Below are positions 56,697-64,000 of a DNA stretch of 64,000 bases, one piece after another (the first letter of the stretch is position 1; each line of letters opens with the position of its first letter). Source of the stretch: Gemmatimonadota bacterium (GTDB lineage: Bacteria > Gemmatimonadota > Gemmatimonadetes > Gemmatimonadales > GWC2-71-9); assembly GCA_025358055.1 (NCBI GenBank), contig JANYKV010000063.1, positions 11,569-75,568 of the forward strand, read 5' to 3'. The translations under genes and the position numbers were made by a program. The notes below the pieces were generated by a model. It saw only the letters and a program-made list of their open reading frames with translations. It had not been told where the DNA came from and did no database searches.

Positions 56697-58097
56697 ATGG
56701 ACCAGCCGTACGATTTCGATCTGATCTGTATCGGGAGCGGTCCCGCAGGGCAGCGCGCGGCCGTGCAGGCCTCCAAGCTCGGGCGGCGGGTGGCCGTCGT
56801 GGAGCGCCAATTTTCGGTCGGGGGCATCTGCGTCAACGCAGGGACTATCCCCAGCAAGACGTTCCGCGAAGCGGTGCTTCAGTTCGCGAGCCTCCGCGAC
56901 AACCCCGACCGCCGGCGCTATACCGGAGGGGACTATCGCCCAACCGCACCCGAGTTGCTGGGCCGAGTGGAGCGGGTGATCCAGGACGAGGTCCAGGTCA
57001 TCGAAGATCAGCTGCGCCGCAATGATATCGCGATCCTGTCTGGGGTCGCATCATTCAAAGATCCGCACCGGCTCATCGTCAGCGACAAAGGGATCCAGCG
57101 GGAAGTCACCGCGGCAAATTTCTTGATTTCGGTCGGTACCCGCCCCACAGCACCGCCGGTGGCCGTTCAGGACCCGGAGTTGATCCTGACCAGCGACGAG
57201 ATCGCCTGTCTCAAACGAATCCCGAAGAGTATCGCGGTCGTCGGCGCCGGCGTTATCGGGATCGAGTACGCCTCGATGTTCGCGGCCATCGGTGTCGAGG
57301 TGACGGTGATCGACCGCCGAGAACGGCCGCTCGAGTTTCTCGATGAAGAAATCGTCGACGAGCTCGTCCACTATATGCGGAAGCGCAAGGTGACCTTTCG
57401 CCCGCAGGAAGCCGTGCAATTCCTGGAGATCATCGAGGGTTCTCCCCGTCGCGTGATGATTCATCTGGAATCCGGAAAACGGATCACGTCCGACATGGTC
57501 CTGTTTTCCGTGGGGCGCGTGGGCGCCACCGAGGGACTCAATCTCGAGAGCATCGGGATCACGCCGGACGATCGAGGGCGCATCAAGGTCGATGAAAATT
57601 TTCGCACGACCGTCCCCCACATCTATGCCGCCGGAGACGTGATCGGGTATCCCAGCCTGGCCGCGACCTCCAGCGAGCAGGGCCGCCTGGCCGCATGCCA
57701 TGCGCTCGGCGTCGCCGCTCGGCCCATGTCGACCCACTTCCCCATCGGCATCTACTCCATCCCCGAGATTTCCATGGTCGGGGAGCCCGAACACACGCTG
57801 ACGGAGAAGAAGATTCCATATGAAATCGGCGTGGCGCGATACCGGGAGATTGCCCGCGGTCAAATCTTGGGAGACGATAGCGGATTCCTGAAGATGTTGT
57901 TCAATCGGGAAGACCGCCGTCTCCTCGGCGTCCACATCATCGGTACGGGCGCCACCGAACTGCTTCATATCGGACAGACGGTACTCGGCCTCGGAGCCGG
58001 ACTCGACTATTTCCTGCAGACAGTATTCAACTATCCTACCCTGGCGGAGTGCTACAAGGTTGCGGCGCTGAACGCTTCCAACAAAATGGCGGGGTGA
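56697..58097 (+). CDS. sthA: soluble pyridine nucleotide transhydrogenase-like flavoprotein
   Basis: 466 aa from MDQPYDFDLICIGSGPAGQRAA. The motif GGICVNAGTIPSK has a single Cys with Thr in place of the second Cys, as in SthA and unlike the CxxxxC of dihydrolipoyl dehydrogenases. Confidence 0.8.
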   Translation: MDQPYDFDLICIGSGPAGQRAAVQASKLGRRVAVVERQFSVGGICVNAGTIPSKTFREAVLQFASLRDNPDRRRYTGGDYRPTAPELLGRVERVIQDEVQVIEDQLRRNDIAILSGVASFKDPHRLIVSDKGIQREVTAANFLISVGTRPTAPPVAVQDPELILTSDEIACLKRIPKSIAVVGAGVIGIEYASMFAAIGVEVTVIDRRERPLEFLDEEIVDELVHYMRKRKVTFRPQEAVQFLEIIEGSPRRVMIHLESGKRITSDMVLFSVGRVGATEGLNLESIGITPDDRGRIKVDENFRTTVPHIYAAGDVIGYPSLAATSSEQGRLAACHALGVAARPMSTHFPIGIYSIPEISMVGEPEHTLTEKKIPYEIGVARYREIARGQILGDDSGFLKMLFNREDRRLLGVHIIGTGATELLHIGQTVLGLGAGLDYFLQTVFNYPTLAECYKVAALNASNKMAG

Positions 58098-58146
58098 CAA
58101 CCCGGCAAGCCATACCCCCGACTTCGGGTTGGGGCGAGAACGCCGG

Positions 58147-58989
58147 TCACTTCAAATGGGCGATCCAATCCGCCAGGATCGGCTGCAGCAGTTCGGGCGC
58201 CGTTTGCGGAAACAGGTGCCCCTGGCCTGGCACGACCACGCATCGTGCGGTCGGTCGAATCGCTTGGAGCCGTGCTTCGGCCGCTGGAATGAAGGCATGG
58301 GATGCTTCTCCCCGAACCACGAGCACTGGAATGGCCTGATCGAGGCGCTCCAGCTCTTCCCAACATTCATGATAGAAGGCCTCGTAGTAGTACGTTTCCC
58401 AAGCGGGAGACCACGCCAGAACAAAGCCGCAACCATCTTCGCTGTCTCGTAGCGCGGCGCGAACATATTGCCAGAGCGCCTCATCATTCCAATCGCTGAA
58501 CAGCGGTTTGGGCCTCCAGTAGGCGAATGCCTCTGCATGGGTCGGGAATTCATTCCGTCGTTGCCGCGACTTCTCGGCCAGACGATGGATCTTCTTCCCG
58601 TGCTCATCCGTGCGATACACCCGCGAAATGTCCTCCGGCAGTACCATCGTTGGGTCGAGCAAACAGAGACCTCTGAAGCGATCGGGGCGGCGGGCGACCG
58701 CAACCAAGGACCCCACGGCGCCGAACGAATGGCCGATCGCGATCACCTCTTGAAGGTCGTGCGCCAACACACCGGCAACGATGTCCTCCCCCACCTCGAC
58801 CCAACTGCCCGTCGCAGGCGGCGGAGCTCCGATCCCAGGCCACAGAGGTCGCGGTGGAAAGCAAAGAACCCGGTGCCGAGCCGTGAGTGGCTGGATCACA
58901 GGCAGGTAGGTGTCAGGCGGAAAGCTGTTGGCGGGCGCCAGATGGATTGGAGTCCCTGACCCGCCATACTCGATGAGAGGTTGTCGCAT
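58147..58989 (-). CDS. alpha/beta hydrolase
   Basis: 280 aa. Nucleophile elbow IGHSFGAVG and a C-terminal His context PGQGHLFP. Confidence 0.7.
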   Translation of the reverse strand: MRQPLIEYGGSGTPIHLAPANSFPPDTYLPVIQPLTARHRVLCFPPRPLWPGIGAPPPATGSWVEVGEDIVAGVLAHDLQEVIAIGHSFGAVGSLVAVARRPDRFRGLCLLDPTMVLPEDISRVYRTDEHGKKIHRLAEKSRQRRNEFPTHAEAFAYWRPKPLFSDWNDEALWQYVRAALRDSEDGCGFVLAWSPAWETYYYEAFYHECWEELERLDQAIPVLVVRGEASHAFIPAAEARLQAIRPTARCVVVPGQGHLFPQTAPELLQPILADWIAHLK

Positions 58990-59194
58990 TCACGATTCTC
59001 AATGGTCCGTTAACCGCATCGGCCGGATGGCCGTTGACGGGGCGTATTGACTGGCCCCTCCGGCCCTCCTGGGCAAGGTGGACCGGAACCGTGCGGGTGA
59101 CAAGTCCAGTCCGTCCTGTCAGTCCCGTTCCGTGATCTCCGCAGAAGAAAATTGGCGCGAACGCTATATTGGGGCGGACGGGAGAATCCAAACT

Positions 59195-60790
59195 ATGACC
59201 GCTCAGGCTCGTGAGTGGATGAGCCCAACCGGACTCTACAATGCGGCCGTCGATCTGGTCGATCGCAACGTGGCCGAAGGCAGGGGGCACCGAATCGCCT
59301 GCGTGGACCCCGCCCGGCAGCTGACCTATGATGAGCTCAAACAGGCCTCGAATCGCTGGGCGAATGCGCTGCCGGCCCTTGGCATCGGCCGGGAACAACG
59401 GGTTCTACTGTTGTTGCTCGACACGGTCGACTTTCCGGTCGTCTTCTGGGGATGCATCAAGGCGGGCGTGATCGCGGTACCGGTCAACACGATGCTCGGA
59501 CCGGATCAATGGCGTTACATGATCGAAGACAGCCGAGCCGCGGCGGTGATCATTTCTCCCGAGCTAAGCGAGCGCGCGGCCGACATGCTCGACGACGTTG
59601 CGCGCACTCGCCGCCTGCCGGTCATCGTGACCGGTGAAGCGAGGGGGCCCGGCCCAGTCGGCCTCGCATCCGTCCTCGCCTCGAGCTCACCTGATTCCCC
59701 ACAAGTCGCCACCCACGCCGACGAAGTCGCCTTCTGGCTCTATACCTCCGGATCCACTGGCGCACCAAAGGCGGCGCGACACATCCACGCGAGCCCCGCA
59801 TACACCGCGCATTTGTATGGCCAGGGTGTGCTGGGCATCAACGCCGGTGACGTGATCTTTTCCGCTGCGAAGCTGTTTTTCGCGTACGGGCTGGGCAATG
59901 GGATGTCGTTCCCCTTTTCGGTTGGTGCCACAGCCATTCTCCTTCCGGAGCGGCCGACCCCGGATGCCGTGCTCTCGCTCATGGGCACTCACGAGCCAAC
60001 AATTTTCTGCGGGGTGCCAACCCTCTACGCCGCCCTACTGGCCCATGCTCCACTCGGTAGGGGTGCGGGTTCGCGGCGCCTCCGCGCCTGTATCTCAGCC
60101 GGCGAGGCGCTCCCGGAGGAGATCGCCCGCCGATGGACCGAGCGAGTCGGCGTCGAGATTCTGGACGGGATCGGGTCGACCGAAATGCTTCACATTTTCA
60201 TCTCCAACCGTCCGGGCGAGGTTCGATACGGATCCTCCGGCCGGCCCGTGGCAGGCTATGAGGCCCGGATCGTGGACGACGCCGGCGACCCCGCAAAGCC
60301 TGGTGACATCGGCGAACTGCTGGTCAAGGGTCCCACCGCGGCCGAGGGGTACTGGAATAAGCGGGAGCGAAGCCGGCGGACGTTCGCGGGGGAATGGACG
60401 GTGACGGGGGACAAATACCGGCTCGACGCAGACGGTTATTTCCACTATTGCGGTCGGGCCGACGATATGTTCAAGGTGAGCGGAATCTGGGTTTCGCCGT
60501 TTGAGGTGGAATCGGCCCTCATGGCGCACCCTGCGGTGCTAGAAGCAGCAGTGGTCGGGCACGAAGACCTGGATCGCTTGGTCAAACCGAAAGCGTTCAT
60601 CGTCCTCAAGTCCGGCTATCAGGCGGGAGACGCGTTGTTCGACGATCTCAAGGCGCATGTGAAGGCGGTGGCGGGACCGTGGAAGTATCCTCGCTGGATT
60701 GAAGTCCGTGACGAACTTCCCAAGACAGCTACCGGAAAAATCCAACGCTTCATGCTGCGATCACCGGCCACCGGTGGGACCTCGCCCTAA
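59195..60790 (+). CDS. benzoate-CoA ligase family aryl-CoA ligase (AMP-forming)
   Basis: Start at MTAQAREWMSPTGLYNA (GGGAGA upstream). AMP motif LYTSGSTGAPKA, plus GDKY..D.DGY..Y.GR.DDM.KVSG.WVSP.EVE, typical of benzoate / 4-hydroxybenzoate / 2-aminobenzoate-CoA ligases. Confidence 0.8.
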   Translation: MTAQAREWMSPTGLYNAAVDLVDRNVAEGRGHRIACVDPARQLTYDELKQASNRWANALPALGIGREQRVLLLLLDTVDFPVVFWGCIKAGVIAVPVNTMLGPDQWRYMIEDSRAAAVIISPELSERAADMLDDVARTRRLPVIVTGEARGPGPVGLASVLASSSPDSPQVATHADEVAFWLYTSGSTGAPKAARHIHASPAYTAHLYGQGVLGINAGDVIFSAAKLFFAYGLGNGMSFPFSVGATAILLPERPTPDAVLSLMGTHEPTIFCGVPTLYAALLAHAPLGRGAGSRRLRACISAGEALPEEIARRWTERVGVEILDGIGSTEMLHIFISNRPGEVRYGSSGRPVAGYEARIVDDAGDPAKPGDIGELLVKGPTAAEGYWNKRERSRRTFAGEWTVTGDKYRLDADGYFHYCGRADDMFKVSGIWVSPFEVESALMAHPAVLEAAVVGHEDLDRLVKPKAFIVLKSGYQAGDALFDDLKAHVKAVAGPWKYPRWIEVRDELPKTATGKIQRFMLRSPATGGTSP

Positions 60791-60797
60791 GAGGAGC

Positions 60798-62654
60798 TCA
60801 CCGGCCCCCCGGTTCGATCACCTCCGGATTCGATTGTTGGTACAAGAACTCGACCAGTGCCGCGCGGCGATCGAGAACGGCCCGTTGATTGATATACCCT
60901 TTGTCGGTAATCTCGCCGGCATCGATCGATGGCGGCTCCTCCATGACGAGCGCCCGCGTGGCATGTGTCGATGAGCCTTCGCTCTCGCGCTTGAGCGTGA
61001 GGAGCCCGGCGGAGACAAGACTACGCAGGGTCGGATGGCCGATTACCTGTTTCAGCGAGGCATCCGAAGGCAGATCGGCTACCAGTTGCCGGCAAGACAC
61101 CAGATTCGGGAAGATCAAGAGGCCGATTTCCTTGCGGTCATGTCCGGTCAGAACGATGTCCTGCGCCACAGGAGCCAGCGCCGCGATCGCCTTCACCCGA
61201 AGCATCCCAACGTTCACCCATGTGCCGGTGTCCAGCTTGAAGTCCTCTGACACTCGGCCGTCGAAGAGAAGGCCCTGTTCGGGATGCTCCGGGTTCACCA
61301 GGCGCACCGCATCGCCGATCCGATAAAACCCTTCCTCGTCGAACTGACTGGCAGTCAGGTCCGGCCGCCGCCAATATCCGGGTGTCACGTTCGGCCCGCG
61401 CACGCGAACCTCCAACTTCTGCCCGCTGGGCACCAGCTTGAGATCACACCCCGGTACCGGAAGGCCGATTACCCCGGACCGGTCCGCTTGAAAGTGGCAA
61501 TCGGCGGCCAGCGGGGCCGTCTCAGTCGAACCCCAAGCCGACACCATCGGGACCGCATGGCCCAAGGTGCTCAGCACCACGTCCGCTAAGTCCTCCCAGA
61601 GGTTCTGGGGCAATGCGGCGGCGGCGTAGAAAATGATTTGAAGGCGGCTCGTAAAATTGCGCCGGAGCATCTCGTCGGCCCGGAGTGCGGGAACCAACAT
61701 GTCGTAGCCGCGGGGGACATTGAAATACACGGTCGGCGCAATGTCGCGGAGATTGGCCACCGTCTGATCGAACAGATTCGGTGTCGGGCGACCACCATCG
61801 ATGTGCAGCGTTCCCCCGTGGCGCAGGACCATGTTGAAATTGTGGTTGCCACCGAACGTATGAGACCACGGCAGCCAGTCGACGATGACGGGCGGCTGTC
61901 GGCTCAAGAACGGCCACACCTGGGTTCGGGCTTGTTGGCTTGCCGAGAGCATACGTTGGGTATTGATGACGCCTTTCGGCTCGCCGGTGGAACCGGAAGT
62001 GAACAGAAGCTTTGCGACAGTATCGGGGCCGACGGCTCGAAACGCAGGTTCGACCAGCGATTCATCCGCGACCGCCATCAAATCGGAGAAGGAGGTCCTC
62101 CCGCCGCCTGAGCCGGCCTCGCCACCCACCACCACGACGGCATTGTGATGGCCCTGGATGGCCGCGAGCGCTCCCGCATAGCGTGCCTCGTCCTCGACAA
62201 ATACAAGCCCGGGCTCAATGAGAGTGATGATGGTCCTCAGCTTCCGGAAGTCCCGGGAGACGAGCGAATAGGCGGGCGATATTGGAACCACCGGAATGCC
62301 CGCATGCAGCGCGGCCAGCGTCAATAGACCGTGCCGGACACTGTTGTCGGAGAGGATGGCCACGGGTCGGCCCGCAGATAGCCGCCGACGCAGGAGTCCG
62401 GCGGCCAGGCGCCGGACCTGAGCCAAGGCCTCGCCAAAGGTCGACCCGGTCCAGGAACCGTCCGGGGCTCGTTCGAGAAGAAATGGCCGTTCGGGTGCCA
62501 CCCGTCCCCAGTGTTCTAGGTACTCACCAACACAGGGCGGGTACTGACCCAGCGGCACCGGCGAGCGAAGGATGGCGGTACCATCCGCTCTCCAGCGCAG
62601 CTCCACGCTCGGAGGGGCGAACAAGCGCGCTGGGTCCGGCATTACGTGGGCCAT
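60798..62654 (-). CDS. feruloyl-CoA-synthase-like AMP-dependent acyl-CoA synthetase
   Basis: AMP motif [13 protein letters not shown]-terminus [26 protein letters not shown] resembles Fcs-type enzymes as I recall them. Start chosen at ATG 62654 (GGAGA 8 nt upstream); 62669 and 62642 are alternatives. Confidence 0.75.
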   Translation of the reverse strand: MAHVMPDPARLFAPPSVELRWRADGTAILRSPVPLGQYPPCVGEYLEHWGRVAPERPFLLERAPDGSWTGSTFGEALAQVRRLAAGLLRRRLSAGRPVAILSDNSVRHGLLTLAALHAGIPVVPISPAYSLVSRDFRKLRTIITLIEPGLVFVEDEARYAGALAAIQGHHNAVVVVGGEAGSGGGRTSFSDLMAVADESLVEPAFRAVGPDTVAKLLFTSGSTGEPKGVINTQRMLSASQQARTQVWPFLSRQPPVIVDWLPWSHTFGGNHNFNMVLRHGGTLHIDGGRPTPNLFDQTVANLRDIAPTVYFNVPRGYDMLVPALRADEMLRRNFTSRLQIIFYAAAALPQNLWEDLADVVLSTLGHAVPMVSAWGSTETAPLAADCHFQADRSGVIGLPVPGCDLKLVPSGQKLEVRVRGPNVTPGYWRRPDLTASQFDEEGFYRIGDAVRLVNPEHPEQGLLFDGRVSEDFKLDTGTWVNVGMLRVKAIAALAPVAQDIVLTGHDRKEIGLLIFPNLVSCRQLVADLPSDASLKQVIGHPTLRSLVSAGLLTLKRESEGSSTHATRALVMEEPPSIDAGEITDKGYINQRAVLDRRAALVEFLYQQSNPEVIEPGGR

Positions 62655-62759
62655 CGCCTGGTTCTCCATGACCTGAAAAGTCTTCCCGCCAAACGCCGCC
62701 CTGCCATGCGACAACGTCGGAGGTGCCCACCGGGAGGTCAAGAGGCGCGCACCGACGTC

Positions 62760-62788
62760 TTGACCAATGCAAGAGCTAGCGGTAGAAT
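62760..62788 (+). promoter_or_regulatory. sigma-70-type promoter of the TetR gene
   Basis: -35 TTGACC (62760-62765), exactly a 17-nt spacer, and -10 TAGAAT (62783-62788). 78 bp upstream of the ATG at 62866. Confidence 0.5.
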
Positions 62789-62794
62789 AGTTAC

Positions 62795-62808
62795 CGAACG
62801 TTCGTTCG
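62795..62808. promoter_or_regulatory. pseudopalindromic operator CGAACGTTCGTTCG
   Basis: Contains the perfect 10-bp palindrome CGAACGTTCG (62795-62804). Starts 7 nt after the -10 hexamer, so it covers the expected transcription start. Fits CNAACGNNCGTTNG, the consensus I recall for Thermus PaaR. Confidence 0.5.
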
Positions 62809-62865
62809 AAAATAAGGCCGCACTATCGCGGACCCTCCCCTCTCCTCGCGCTCGAGAATCATCGG

Positions 62866-63519
62866 ATGACCGTTCTTTCTCTCCGACCGCAAGCAATACC
62901 AGGCCGGCGCGAGCGCGTTCGCAAAGCCACCCAGCGGAAAGCGGATGAACTACTGCAAACCGCCGCGGCGCTCATGGCGGAGAAGGGATTTGAAGCCACC
63001 GCCATCCGCGACGTCGGAAGGAAGCTGGACGCAAGCTTGGCCGGGATGTACTACTATTTCAAGAGTAAGGAAGAGTTGCTCTATCAGATCCAGTACCGCA
63101 CCTTCGCCTCGCTGCTTCAAGCCCAGCAGCAAATCGCCGAGCGACCGGGAACCCCCAAGGACCGACTCCGCCGTCTGCTGATTGGCCACCTCACATTTTT
63201 CACCAGCCACCCGAACGAAATGAAGATCTGCACCTACGAGTTGGAATCGCTCACGGGGGAATACTACAACACTGTGTTGGAGCTGCGGCGGCGCTACTAC
63301 CGGCTCATGGCCGATCTCGTGGCCCAGCTGATGACGGGCCCGGCGCGAAAGGCGCGCGCGTCCGCTCACAGCCGGCGCGTCACGCTGTTTGTGTTCGGAA
63401 TGCTGAATTGGGCCTTCACCTGGTATTCTCAGGCCAAGGATGGCACCGCGGAGAAACTTGGCGGCGAGATGTTTGATCTCGTCATCAACGGGATTGGCCT
63501 CGAGCCGCTGAACCGATGA
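62866..63519 (+). CDS. TetR/AcrR family transcriptional regulator
   Basis: 217 aa. N-terminal HTH ELLQTAAALMAEKGFEATAIRDVGRKLDASLAGMYYYFKSKEELL. Confidence 0.85.
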   Translation: MTVLSLRPQAIPGRRERVRKATQRKADELLQTAAALMAEKGFEATAIRDVGRKLDASLAGMYYYFKSKEELLYQIQYRTFASLLQAQQQIAERPGTPKDRLRRLLIGHLTFFTSHPNEMKICTYELESLTGEYYNTVLELRRRYYRLMADLVAQLMTGPARKARASAHSRRVTLFVFGMLNWAFTWYSQAKDGTAEKLGGEMFDLVINGIGLEPLNR

Positions 63520-64000
63520 CCGGCGGCCCCATGATGAACCACCTCACTATCAACGGGACCGGACTGGAAACCCGATGGATCGGACCGGGCGCGGATCGAG
63601 CGCCGACGATCGTCCTGCTCCACGAAGGTCTCGGCTCGGTGCGACAATGGGGCGACTTCCCGGATGCGCTAGCCCAGGCCACCGGATGCGGCGTCTTTCT
63701 TTACTCTCGCGCGGGATATGGCGGCTCCGACCCGGTCACTCTTCCCCGACCCCTGAGCTACATGAGCGACGAGGCGCTCGAAACCCTTCCCCATGTGCTC
63801 GACGCCATCGGATTCCGGCGCGGGGTTTTATTGGGCCACAGTGACGGCGCTTCCATCGCGACGATCTACGCCGGCAGCGTCCAGGATCAGCGCGTGCGCG
63901 GACTCATTCTCCTGGCGCCGCACTTTTTTGTCGAAGACGTGAGCGTTCAGAGCATCACCGCCGCGCGTGTCGCATACGAAACGACCAATCTTCGCGATCG
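63516..64000 (+). CDS. alpha/beta hydrolase (3'-truncated by the window edge)
   Basis: Not in the ORF track because it has no stop. I translated it by hand. ATG at 63516 overlaps the TetR stop (ATGA), and the frame stays open to 64000. MTGGPMMNHLTINGTGLETRWIGPG...IVLLHEGLGS...LLGHSDGASIA (GxSxG elbow). Confidence 0.75.
   Translation, partial: MTGGPMMNHLTINGTGLETRWIGPGADRAPTIVLLHEGLGSVRQWGDFPDALAQATGCGVFLYSRAGYGGSDPVTLPRPLSYMSDEALETLPHVLDAIGFRRGVLLGHSDGASIATIYAGSVQDQRVRGLILLAPHFFVEDVSVQSITAARVAYETTNLRD

Noticed and set aside
58117-58128. Small hairpins in convergent gaps as intrinsic terminators (CCCG-ACTT-CGGG here, an imperfect bulged stem at 15586-15625, a GCGCGC stem at 10157-10200)
   Set aside because: The stems are short or bulged, the loops are either tiny or very long, and none is followed by a convincing U-tract. 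I did not annotate them as terminators.
1-64000. Search for CRISPR arrays, IS elements and transposases, integrases, prophage genes, toxin-antitoxin pairs and defence-system hallmarks (nucleases, helicases, STAND/AAA ATPases, reverse transcriptases)
   Set aside because: None of the ORFs I could assign shows such motifs, and I saw no regularly spaced direct repeats. The window looks like core or metabolic chromosome rather than an accessory island. This was a by-eye scan, not a computational one.

Overview
High-GC, densely coding bacterial chromosomal segment. I can support about 55 protein-coding genes, one of them running off the 3' edge. I saw no rRNA, tRNA, CRISPR array, transposase, integrase, phage gene or recognisable defence gene. 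The content is reminiscent of a Gemmatimonadota- or Acidobacteriota-like soil bacterium, but taxonomy cannot be established from this window. There are three blocks. (1) 0.2-3.9 kb: an ECF sigma / anti-sigma operon, translationally coupled to two exported HEAT-repeat paralogues. (2) 3.9-40.5 kb: mostly Sec/Tat-exported hydrolases. These are S41, S9, M20, two S15 CocE/NonD, M28 and M55 peptidases, an amidohydrolase, two beta-lactamase-fold serine hydrolases and a metallophosphoesterase. Interspersed are housekeeping-type enzymes (panE, a Leu/Val-type dehydrogenase, a Thr/Ser dehydratase), a PEP-CTERM protein, and a Tat-signal flavoprotein coupled to a 1052-aa BNR-repeat protein. (3) 40.5-64 kb: an aromatic acyl-CoA island with phenylacetate genes arranged as paaJ-paaZ, paaG-paaH-paaI and paaABCD. 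A fused E1 alpha-beta plus E2 2-oxoacid dehydrogenase and an ornithine-cyclodeaminase-family gene sit inside the paaGHI transcription unit. The island also has two non-PaaK aryl-CoA ligases and a TetR regulator with a clean promoter and operator. No paaE or paaK is present in the window. The best leads are the paa-embedded 2-oxoacid dehydrogenase module (a possible PaaK-independent route to phenylacetyl-CoA), a GTATAC-core palindrome found in all three paa intergenic regions, the ECF/HEAT operon, and an exported flavoprotein / BNR / M55 / RidA neighbourhood. None of these amounts to a demonstrably new system on sequence alone. All family calls rest on motif recognition by eye, not on database searches.
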